64,000 bases of DNA, from contig CALVRR010000001.1 of the NCBI GenBank assembly GCA_944358705.1, positions 40,050 to 104,049 on the forward strand, in the 5' to 3' direction. The notes beneath the pieces were generated by a model. That model worked only from the letters and a program-made list of their open reading frames with translations, was not told the DNA's origin and did not search any database. The first letter of the stretch is position 1, and the number at the start of each line of letters is the position of its first letter. This document shows, piece by piece, positions 9,785-17,424 of the stretch. The stretch is from an uncultured Bacilli bacterium. Lineage in GTDB: Bacteria > Bacillota_I > Bacilli_A > RF39 > UBA660. Made by a program: the position numbers and the translations under genes.

Positions 9785-9813
9785 TTGACACTATTTTATT
9801 GGTTTGTTATTAT
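9785..9813 (+). promoter_or_regulatory. Sigma-A type promoter (TTGACA, 17-nt spacer, TATTAT)
   Basis: TTGACA at 9785-9790, 17-nt spacer, TATTAT at 9808-9813, upstream of the small ORF starting at 9836. Confidence 0.55.
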
Positions 9814-9835
9814 ATTATTAATAAATTTTAAAGAG

Positions 9836-10075
9836 ATGATGTTATGGATGGGTAGCGAAGTTTTTGGAATGATGGTAGTTCGAGATTTTTGTTTGGAGGA
9901 TTGTGTATTTTGTAGAAATAGTGAGGATGTGAAAGGCTTATCTTCTGCTTTTCCTACTTATACATGTACGGGAGTTCAACTTTCTTCTGAACATTATGTT
10001 TGGCAAAATCCACTTACTAATGAAAAGGTTGAAGTTATTTATTCTAAGGATAAACCATTTCAAAAAGAGAAATAA
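9836..10075 (+). CDS. Hypothetical small Cys-containing protein (79 aa)
   Basis: ATG at 9836 lies downstream of the promoter; the ORF-track start at 9785 is the TTG of the -35 box. Contains CLEDCVFC. No family recognised. Confidence 0.35.
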   Translation: MMLWMGSEVFGMMVVRDFCLEDCVFCRNSEDVKGLSSAFPTYTCTGVQLSSEHYVWQNPLTNEKVEVIYSKDKPFQKEK

Positions 10076-10121
10076 AGAGAACTTTATAGAAGTTTTGAGA
10101 GTTCCTATTTTCTCATTTTCG

Positions 10122-10150
10122 TTTACAATTTTTTTCTCTTTTGATATACT
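10122..10150 (+). promoter_or_regulatory. Promoter with extended -10 (TTTACA, 17-nt spacer, TGaTATACT)
   Basis: TTTACA at 10122-10127 and TATACT at 10145-10150 preceded by TGA. Confidence 0.5.
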
Positions 10151-10191
10151 AATTTTATAGTATAGTCTAGTGAAAGCATTGAGTGAGATAT

Positions 10192-11442
10192 ATGAAGATA
10201 GAGGAAGAAAAAGAGGTTAAAAAAGATAAGAGGTTTTGGAGTAAAAAGAAAATAATATTTTTTATTATTTTTGTTACTTTTTTTTGTGGTATTATTTTAT
10301 TTTTTTATTTCCAAATCCGTCCTTATTCTTCTAAGGTTTTACCAAATTTTTATTTAGATAAGCAATCATTAAAAGATGTAAATTTTCATTCTTTAGATTT
10401 TATTATTCAATCTTATGAAGATAAAGTTTTGTCCCAAGAGATTATTTTTTTATGTAATGATAAAGAATATGTTTATACTTATCGTGATTTGGGACTTGGG
10501 TTAGATGAAAAGAAAATTCGTAAGGATATTATTACTTATCAAAAAAATCTTAGTTTTTTTGAGAAGTATTCTTTTTTCTTGGGAGATAAAAAACACGTTT
10601 TTTCTTATTCTTTTTCTATCGAGGAAGATGGTTTAAAAAATTTTTTAACGAAATTAAAGTCTACGGTGGATCAAAAGAAGGTAGATGGCTCTTTTTCCAT
10701 GGATAATCAACGGAATCTTAAGTATACTAAGGGAATAGATGGTTATTCTTTGGATGTGGAGAAATCTCTTTCTATTCTTTTAAAAGAGTTAAAGAAACCT
10801 AAAGAGAATCAAAAGATTGTGTTGGAAGGAAAAACTACTCCTGCTACAAATAATGATCAATACCAAACTATTGATACTAAGGTTTCTTCTTTTAAAACAG
10901 AATTTAACCCTTATATTGTTCGAGCAACGAATTTAAAAGTTGCCTTAAATTATATTGACGGGGCTATTGTTATGCCTGGAGAAGTATTTTCTTTTTATAA
11001 ATATGCTGGTCCTTATAATAAGAGTGGGTACGTTTTTTATTATGAGTTTGTTGGTAATGGAGTTTGTCAGATTGCTACCACGGTATATAATGTGGCGTTA
11101 CTTGGGGGATTAGAAATTGTAAAGCGTTATCCTCATAAAGCGAAATCTCCTTATGTTCCTGGAGGGTTGGATGCAACGGTTGCTAGTTATTCTAGTGGAT
11201 GGAATGTTGATTTTCAATTTAAAAACACTTATAAATATCCAATTTATATTTCTGCTTATGCCGTTGGTGGTGAAGCTCATGTTGATTTTTGGTCCAATAA
11301 AGATGCTATGGGAGGAAAAACTTATTCTACGGAATCGGTTCAAATAGGTACGAGAGGTTATACTACATATTTACACACTTATCAGGATGGTGTTGAAATC
11401 AGTCAAAAAAAAATTGCGACAACATGGTATTCTGAGGATTGA
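10192..11442 (+). CDS. VanW family protein (membrane-anchored)
   Basis: N-terminal TM segment. C-terminal VanW-like core: GEVFSFYKYAGPYNKSGY, GNGVCQIATTVYNVALLGGLEIV, YPHK, GLDATV. Confidence 0.8.
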   Translation: MKIEEEKEVKKDKRFWSKKKIIFFIIFVTFFCGIILFFYFQIRPYSSKVLPNFYLDKQSLKDVNFHSLDFIIQSYEDKVLSQEIIFLCNDKEYVYTYRDLGLGLDEKKIRKDIITYQKNLSFFEKYSFFLGDKKHVFSYSFSIEEDGLKNFLTKLKSTVDQKKVDGSFSMDNQRNLKYTKGIDGYSLDVEKSLSILLKELKKPKENQKIVLEGKTTPATNNDQYQTIDTKVSSFKTEFNPYIVRATNLKVALNYIDGAIVMPGEVFSFYKYAGPYNKSGYVFYYEFVGNGVCQIATTVYNVALLGGLEIVKRYPHKAKSPYVPGGLDATVASYSSGWNVDFQFKNTYKYPIYISAYAVGGEAHVDFWSNKDAMGGKTYSTESVQIGTRGYTTYLHTYQDGVEISQKKIATTWYSED

Positions 11443-11450
11443 TTTAAGAG

Positions 11451-11474
11451 AAGTGTCAATTGACACTTTTTTTG
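11451..11474 (+). terminator. Rho-independent terminator after the VanW gene (perfect palindrome)
   Basis: AAGTGTCAATTGACACTT is an 18-nt perfect palindrome followed by TTTTTT. Confidence 0.7.
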
Positions 11475-11488
11475 TTTTGTGATATACT
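11460..11488 (+). promoter_or_regulatory. Sigma-A type promoter (TTGACA, 17-nt spacer, TATACT) embedded in the terminator palindrome
   Basis: TTGACA at 11460-11465 is the 3' arm of the hairpin; TATACT at 11483-11488; strong RBS AAGGAGGGGG at 11521. Confidence 0.6.
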
Positions 11489-11533
11489 ATGCAGCAATTC
11501 AGAAAACTTTTCTATACAGTAAGGAGGGGGAAT

Positions 11534-13927
11534 ATGCAACATAGAATTTCAGAAGAAGTCTACAGGCAAGTGGTATTACAGTGGAAAAGGGAACATCCAG
11601 AAAAAAGATATTTAGATATTAAACAAAAAGAAACTATAGATTTGGAAGGTATAGGAATAATTAATATAGGTTCTCTTGTATGTAAACGAAGAAGTATCTA
11701 TAATGCTATGCGAGAAGGAAAAAGCTATAGAAAGTGTAAAAACTTAACGGAAGAACAAATTAGCTGGGACGAAGAACATGGAATGATTTGGGATTATGAC
11801 GCATGGCAAGAAAAAGTCTATAGAGAAGCAATATTACAATGGAAAGAAGAACACCCAGAAAAAAGATACTTAGATATTAAGTATAAAGAAACTATAGAAT
11901 TAAATGGTATAGGAATCATTAATATAGGTGTACTAGTTCATAAGCGAAGAGGCATTTATAAAGCTATGCAAGAAGGAAAAAGCTATGGAGAATGTAAAAA
12001 CTTAACGGAAGAACAAATTAACTGGGATGAAGAACATGGAATGATTTGGGATTATGACGTATGGCAAGAAGAGGTCTACAGGCAAGCAATATTACAATGG
12101 AAAAAAGAACACCCAGAAAAGAAATATTTAGATATTAGACAAAAAGACATTGTTGAATTAGAGAGTTTAGGGGAAGTTCGAATAGGAAACTTAGTAAGCC
12201 TTAGAAGAAAGATTTATAAAGCTATGCAACAAGGAAAAAGTTATGAAAAGATGAAAAACTTAACGAAAGAACAAATTACCTGGGACGAAGAACATGGAAT
12301 GATTTGGGATTATGAAGACTGGCAAGAGAAAGTCTATAGAGAAGCAATATTACAATGGAAAAGGGAACATCTAGAAAGAAAATATTTAGATATTAGGGCT
12401 ATAGATACAGTAGAATTAGATGGTATAGGAATCATTAATATAGGTACACTAGTTCATAAACATAGAAGTATTTATAAAGCTATGCAAGAAGGAAAAAGGT
12501 ACCGAGTTTACAACAATTTAACGGAAGAACAAATTACCTGGGACGAAGAGCAAGGTATGATTTGGGATTATGACGTATGGCAAGAAGATGTCTACAGGCA
12601 AGCAGTATTACAATGGAAAGAAGAACACCTAGAAAAGAAATTTTTAGATATTAAGGCTATTGAAACCGTTGAGTTAGAGGGTATAGGAATAGTTAGGATA
12701 GGAAGGCTAGTATGTCTTAGAAGAGGTATTTATAAAGCCATGCAGGAAGGAGGAAAATACAAAGCTAATAGCAATCTAACAGAAGATCAAATCACCTGGG
12801 ATACCGAACACGGAATGATCTGGGATTATAAAAAGTATCAGGAAGAAGAAAAGAAACGACAGGAAAAAAGAAAAAGTTCCATAGAAAAATATACGAATCT
12901 TTTTAATGGAGATACTAGTAAAGCAGAAAGAGTTGTCAGATGTTTAGAAGATTTACGAGAAAAAAGAAGAAGTAGAAAAAAACAAACTTGGAGTATAGAT
13001 AATATATTAAAAGAGTTTGATGTTGACGAGGAAAGGTTATTAAAACAACTAGGAAGAGTAAGAGAGCAGGAAAAAGAAAGAAAACCTGTTTTGATGAAGG
13101 GTGAAGAAACTCTTAGAAAGTTCTGTATGGATAACGGGTATAATTATGAAGTAGTATCTAGAGCGGTAAAACTTCATCAAATACTACCAGGTTCTAGCCT
13201 AGAAGAAGTCATGAATAGAGCGATTATTGACTATAATCATCATGGACAAAAAATGCCTTCTACTTGGATATATGAAAAGTATGGAAATTTAGTAAAACAT
13301 ATTTTAACCGATTTAAACCTAGATTCTTCCGCAATAATAAAAAATATGACAGAAAATGTCATAACTCTAGAAGAAGCGATTCGACATGATTCTTTCTTAA
13401 GATGTAGAAAAAATAGTAGTAATTCTTGGTTAGAAGAACCATTTAACTACCTAGTAGAAGAACTAGACAATACGAAAGAAGAAGAACAAGTTGTAGAAGA
13501 TATCGTTGGGATGGGAAAGAAATTAATTGAAGAATATCATTTAATTGGGGAGGAATTTTCTATCCTAGTAGAGTCCTTTGGAAGATATGCGAATGCGATT
13601 CGAGGATATCAAATGTATGATGTAGGACTAGAAACTAATGAAGAAAAAAGACTAGAAAAAATAAAAGATTATAACATGCCAGAAGAAGATATAGAAGAAA
13701 GTTTCTTTGTTCCATTGAACTTTGAAAATGGAGTTTTACTAGGAAGACAAAGTGAACTATATCAAAGAAGAAACTTAATGAGACAATATATTATTGACTG
13801 GAAGGAATATAGTGATTCTGAAAAAGTAGAAGTAATTAGAAAAAATTATTTTACCACTTCCGAAGTAGAATATATGGAAAGAACAAGAAGACAAATTGAT
13901 AAGGCAATAACTTATAGTAAAAAGTAA
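11534..13927 (+). CDS. Cytoplasmic repeat protein: five tandem 86-aa helicase-associated (HA, PF03457)-like repeats plus an unassigned charged C-terminal half of about 360 aa
   Basis: ATG at 11534 follows AAGGAGGGGG. Repeat consensus: VYRxAxLQWKxEHxEKxYLDIxxxxxxELxGIGxxxIGxLVxxRRxIYKAMQEGKxYxxxxNLTEEQIxWDEEHGMIWDYxxWQ. No signal peptide or TM segment. Confidence 0.8.
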   Translation: MQHRISEEVYRQVVLQWKREHPEKRYLDIKQKETIDLEGIGIINIGSLVCKRRSIYNAMREGKSYRKCKNLTEEQISWDEEHGMIWDYDAWQEKVYREAILQWKEEHPEKRYLDIKYKETIELNGIGIINIGVLVHKRRGIYKAMQEGKSYGECKNLTEEQINWDEEHGMIWDYDVWQEEVYRQAILQWKKEHPEKKYLDIRQKDIVELESLGEVRIGNLVSLRRKIYKAMQQGKSYEKMKNLTKEQITWDEEHGMIWDYEDWQEKVYREAILQWKREHLERKYLDIRAIDTVELDGIGIINIGTLVHKHRSIYKAMQEGKRYRVYNNLTEEQITWDEEQGMIWDYDVWQEDVYRQAVLQWKEEHLEKKFLDIKAIETVELEGIGIVRIGRLVCLRRGIYKAMQEGGKYKANSNLTEDQITWDTEHGMIWDYKKYQEEEKKRQEKRKSSIEKYTNLFNGDTSKAERVVRCLEDLREKRRSRKKQTWSIDNILKEFDVDEERLLKQLGRVREQEKERKPVLMKGEETLRKFCMDNGYNYEVVSRAVKLHQILPGSSLEEVMNRAIIDYNHHGQKMPSTWIYEKYGNLVKHILTDLNLDSSAIIKNMTENVITLEEAIRHDSFLRCRKNSSNSWLEEPFNYLVEELDNTKEEEQVVEDIVGMGKKLIEEYHLIGEEFSILVESFGRYANAIRGYQMYDVGLETNEEKRLEKIKDYNMPEEDIEESFFVPLNFENGVLLGRQSELYQRRNLMRQYIIDWKEYSDSEKVEVIRKNYFTTSEVEYMERTRRQIDKAITYSKK
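11552..12841 (+). repeat. Five in-frame tandem direct repeats of 258 bp (unit starts at 11552, 11810, 12068, 12326 and 12584)
   Basis: The TGG of the LQW motif recurs at 11582, 11840, 12098, 12356 and 12614, exactly 258 nt apart. Units are roughly 80-90 percent identical by eye. Confidence 0.9.
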
Positions 13928-13931
13928 GAAT

Positions 13932-13960
13932 AAAAAGCGAATAGATTTTATTCGCTTTTT
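13932..13960 (+). terminator. Rho-independent terminator after the repeat-protein gene
   Basis: Stem AAAAGCGAATA / TATTCGCTTTT with loop GATTT and a T tail. Confidence 0.8.
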
Positions 13961-14473
13961 ATGTTATTATTATGTTTAGGTGATAAAGTGATAAAAAAGA
14001 TTTTAAAAGGGTTACTTGTTATTGTTTGTATGATTACTATCTTTTATTTTTCTTCTGATAATGGAGATGAATCTACTTATAAAAGTGATAGTGTTATTTT
14101 AAGAGTATCTTCTTTTTTTGGAGTAGAAGATTTATCTAAGAAGGAGCAACAAAATTTAATTGATACTTTTGTTGTTCCTGTTAGAAAGAGTGCCCATTTT
14201 TTTGTTTATTTTGTTTTAGGAATTACGCTTGTTAGTTTTTTAAGAGAATTTTCTATTCCTATTTTAAAATTATTATTAATTTCTATTTTTTTAGCCTTTT
14301 TATATGCTTGTAGTGATGAAGTTCACCAATTATTTGTTATTGGACGTACTGGTAGAGTACTCGATGTTATTATTGATACTTTAGGAGCTAGTACGGGAGT
14401 ATTTTTCTATTATTTCTTATTTCGAAAAAAAATAAAGGAGGTATCGTATGAGCAAAAAGAAAGAACTTGCTAA
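13961..14473 (+). CDS. VanZ family membrane protein
   Basis: VRKSAHFFVYFVLG and DEVHQLFVIGRTGRVLDVIIDTLG match the VanZ-like pattern; 4 TM segments. Start uncertain: the GTG at 13988 after AGGTGA is an alternative. Confidence 0.7.
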   Translation: MLLLCLGDKVIKKILKGLLVIVCMITIFYFSSDNGDESTYKSDSVILRVSSFFGVEDLSKKEQQNLIDTFVVPVRKSAHFFVYFVLGITLVSFLREFSIPILKLLLISIFLAFLYACSDEVHQLFVIGRTGRVLDVIIDTLGASTGVFFYYFLFRKKIKEVSYEQKERTC

Positions 14474-15866
14474 AAACACCATTATTATTTTTGCTGGTAA
14501 AGTTTGTACTCAATTAATTTCGTTTTTATTATTACCTTTATATACTAGTTATTTATTAACGGAAGAGTATGGTTTTGTAGATTTAGTTACTACTTATGTT
14601 ACTTTGATTGTTCCAATTATTACTTTGGAACTTGAGATGAGTGTATTTCGTTATTTAGTAGATGCTCGTAAAAAAGAGAATGAAACGAAAAAAGTATTTA
14701 GTAATAACTTTATTATTCTATTAGTTTCTTTACTTATCTTTATTATTGGGTATTTGATTGTTACTTGTTTTTGGAAGTTTGATTATCGATATCTTATTTT
14801 ACTTGATATTGTTATTTGTACTTTTTCTGGTAACTTTTTGCAGATTGCGCGAGGATTAGGTAGAACCCTTGATTATGCGATTAGTTGTATTATTACTGGT
14901 GTTAGTACTATTTTACTTAATATATTGTTAATTGTTGTCTTTAAATTAGGGGCTTTTGGAATGATTACTTCGATTGCTACTGCTAATGGACTGGGTGCCC
15001 TTTATTTATTTGTTCGGTTAAAGATGTGGAAATATATTGATTTTCGTAAAAAGGATAAAAAGTTGATTAAAGAAATGTATCAGTATTCGATTCCTTTAGT
15101 GCCAAATGGAATTAGTTGGTGGATTGTAAATGTATCGGATCGTACGATTATTACGGCTGTCTTAGGGGCTGCTGCTAATGGGATTTATGCGGTTAGTAAT
15201 AAGTTTCCAACTATTTTGTCTAGTTTGTTAGGTATTTTTAATTTATCTTGGAGTGAATCGGCTGCCCTACATATTGACAGTCCGGATCGAGATGAGTTCT
15301 TTTCTGATATCTCTAATACAGTAACTAAGTTATTTACTTGTTTAGGGGCAGGAATGATTGCTTGTATGCCGTTTGTTTTTCCTTTATTGGTTAATCATAG
15401 TTATGATGATGCTTATTACTATATTCCAATATTAGTACTGGGAGCTGTTTTTAATGTAGTAATTTGTTTATATAGTGCTGTTTATATTGCAAAAAAAATG
15501 ACAAAGCAAGTGGCTATGACTTCTATTATTGGAGCGGTTATTAATATTGTTGTAAATATTGGGTTAGTTCGTTTTCTTGGACTTTATGCAGCGGCTATTT
15601 CTACGGCTATTTCTTATTTTGCTATGATGGTGTATCGGCATTTTGATTTAAAGAAATATATTACGATTACTTATGAAAAAGGTCTTCTTGTTAAAACTGT
15701 TTTGATATTTGCTTTTGCAATTATCCTTTATTATCAACGTAATCTTTATTTAGATATTTTAAGTTTGGTTGTTGTAGTCATTTATTCTTTCTTAATGAAT
15801 AAAGATTTTCTACTTGCTAGTTGGAATACGGTTATGAATAAGATTTTTAAAAGAAAAATTCATTGA
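14448..15866 (+). CDS. MOP-superfamily polysaccharide/oligosaccharide flippase (Wzx-like)
   Basis: 472 aa, about 12-14 TM segments. N-terminus KNTIIIFAGKVCTQLISFLLLPLYTSYLLTEEYGFVDL is typical of Wzx/polysaccharide biosynthesis proteins. RBS AAAGGAGG. Confidence 0.75.
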   Translation: MSKKKELAKNTIIIFAGKVCTQLISFLLLPLYTSYLLTEEYGFVDLVTTYVTLIVPIITLELEMSVFRYLVDARKKENETKKVFSNNFIILLVSLLIFIIGYLIVTCFWKFDYRYLILLDIVICTFSGNFLQIARGLGRTLDYAISCIITGVSTILLNILLIVVFKLGAFGMITSIATANGLGALYLFVRLKMWKYIDFRKKDKKLIKEMYQYSIPLVPNGISWWIVNVSDRTIITAVLGAAANGIYAVSNKFPTILSSLLGIFNLSWSESAALHIDSPDRDEFFSDISNTVTKLFTCLGAGMIACMPFVFPLLVNHSYDDAYYYIPILVLGAVFNVVICLYSAVYIAKKMTKQVAMTSIIGAVINIVVNIGLVRFLGLYAAAISTAISYFAMMVYRHFDLKKYITITYEKGLLVKTVLIFAFAIILYYQRNLYLDILSLVVVVIYSFLMNKDFLLASWNTVMNKIFKRKIH

Positions 15867-15891
15867 TTTTTCTTTTCTTTTGTGGTATAAT
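15863..15891 (+). promoter_or_regulatory. Promoter (TTGATT, 17-nt spacer, TGgTATAAT)
   Basis: TTGATT at 15863-15868 overlaps the flippase stop codon; extended -10 TGGTATAAT at 15883-15891. Confidence 0.6.
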
Positions 15892-16104
15892 ATGCTTACT
15901 TTTAAGGGGAAATGCTTATGACAAGAAGGGATAGAATATATGCCTTAAAACAATAAAAGTAAAAGTATTTTGATAGAAAGGTTTTGCTTTAAAAAAATCT
16001 AACAAGTATGGTGAAGAGTACAATCAATTAAAGGATGGTTTTGTTGATTATGAGTAAAGAAGCTGATGCTGTTGTTAAAGGAAAAATTAGATAGTGGGTG
16101 TTTT

Positions 16105-16605
16105 ATGAATAAATTAGAGATTTTGAAAGAAAGAAAAAAGAGTTTAGAAAAAGCATTGTTTTCTAATCAATATAAGATGGATTGTTATGAGAATGATAGA
16201 GAAATATTTGAAGAAGTGTATGATTGTCGAAGAAGAGAATTTGAATGGGTTCAAGGTGTTTCTGATAAGGAAGAACAATTTCATAATGATACTTTGGTAG
16301 CGACTTGTGCTTTTACTGTTGGTATGCTTCCTAAATTTATTGGTAATTATGGTACCGTTGATGTTGCTATTTCTTCTTTGATTGGACTAGCAGTATGTGG
16401 AAGTATTGTTTTACTTAGAAATCAACCTTATTTGTCTAGAAGAATCTTGGATTTTGGAGATTTAGAAGAATTAGAGGTTTCTCTTTATGATACAGAAGAA
16501 AGATTAAAAGGTATTGATTCTGGAACTTCTTTCTTACAGTCTAAGATTCAAGGAATAAAAAGTGAACTTGCTGAGGTTTGCAAACAGCCACCTGTAAAAA
16601 AATAA
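16105..16605 (+). CDS. Hypothetical protein with a coiled-coil N-terminus and two hydrophobic segments
   Basis: Open frame. ATG at 16105 (MNKLEILKERKK) follows GTGGGTG; an alternative ATG at 16066 is possible. No family recognised. Confidence 0.5.
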   Translation: MNKLEILKERKKSLEKALFSNQYKMDCYENDREIFEEVYDCRRREFEWVQGVSDKEEQFHNDTLVATCAFTVGMLPKFIGNYGTVDVAISSLIGLAVCGSIVLLRNQPYLSRRILDFGDLEELEVSLYDTEERLKGIDSGTSFLQSKIQGIKSELAEVCKQPPVKK

Positions 16606-16655
16606 AAAGCTTTATAATTCGACAAAATAAAACATATAATTACTTAGGTGATTAT

Positions 16656-17357
16656 ATGTTTTTTCAATTGTTTTCTATGTTAAAAGATTTGTTATGTTTT
16701 ACAGGTTCTTATTCAAATGAAGTGTTTCCAGAGCCACTTAATGCTAAAGAAGAGGAAGCGTGTATTTTAAAGATGGAACAAGGGGATAGGGATGCTCGTA
16801 ATCAGTTAATTGAACATAATTTAAGACTTGTTGCTCATATTGTAAAAAAGTTTGATCAAAAACCGAATGATACCGATGATTTAATTAGTATTGGTACGAT
16901 TGGTCTTATTAAAGGGGTGGATAGTTTTTCTAATGATAAAGGAGTTAAGATTACTACTTATTGTGCCAGGTGTATTGAAAATGAAATTTTAATGTATTTT
17001 CGTAGTAATAATAAATATAGTAAAGATATTTCTATTAATGAAGCAGTGGGGTTTGATAAAGATGGTAATGAGATAGCAATACAAGATGTACTGAAATCTC
17101 CTAAACCAGATTTTGTTGAGGATATTAATATTAAAGATAATATTTTACTATTAAAAAAATATATGAAAGTATTATTGCCAAGAGAAAAAGAAATATTAAT
17201 TCGAAGATATGGTCTTGGTGATAATGAGGAGGAAACCCAAAAAGAGATTGCGAAAAAGTTACATATTTCAAGGAGTTATGTTTCTAGAATTGAAAAACGT
17301 GCTCTTACTAAAATATTAAGAGAATTTATTAAAGATAAGCAGTATGATATTGAATAA
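16656..17357 (+). CDS. sigK: Sporulation sigma factor sigma-K (pro-sigma-K form, uninterrupted)
   Basis: LIEHNLRLVAHIVKKF, DLISIGTIGLIKG, YCARCIENEILMYFR and ISRSYVSRIEKRAL closely match Bacillus SigK. An N-terminal pro-sequence of about 20 aa (MFFQLFSMLKDLLCFTGSY) precedes the conserved FPEPL. ATG at 16656 follows AGGTGA. Confidence 0.85.
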   Translation: MFFQLFSMLKDLLCFTGSYSNEVFPEPLNAKEEEACILKMEQGDRDARNQLIEHNLRLVAHIVKKFDQKPNDTDDLISIGTIGLIKGVDSFSNDKGVKITTYCARCIENEILMYFRSNNKYSKDISINEAVGFDKDGNEIAIQDVLKSPKPDFVEDINIKDNILLLKKYMKVLLPREKEILIRRYGLGDNEEETQKEIAKKLHISRSYVSRIEKRALTKILREFIKDKQYDIE

Positions 17358-17424
17358 TTCATATACAATATAAATAGACAGTTTTTCTTAAATAAGGTAT
17401 AATTGTGATAGCGAGAGTGGTAGA

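Noticed and set aside
11552-12841. A regular 258-bp periodic repeat could superficially suggest a CRISPR or satellite array.
   Set aside because: The units are contiguous with no unique spacers, in-frame and within one long ORF with a conserved protein-level consensus. No cas genes are present. This is a coding tandem repeat.
10192-14473. VanW and VanZ family genes flanking the repeat protein could suggest a glycopeptide resistance cluster.
   Set aside because: No vanH/vanA/vanX ligase-dehydrogenase-dipeptidase genes or vanRS are present. The VanW and VanZ families are widespread outside resistance operons, and the genes are separated by independent terminators and promoters.
15892-16104. 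Possible riboswitch or T-box in the long leader upstream of the gene before sigK.
   Set aside because: I could not recognise any conserved riboswitch core, T-box motif or convincing terminator/antiterminator pair by eye. It is retained only as a low-interest leader observation.
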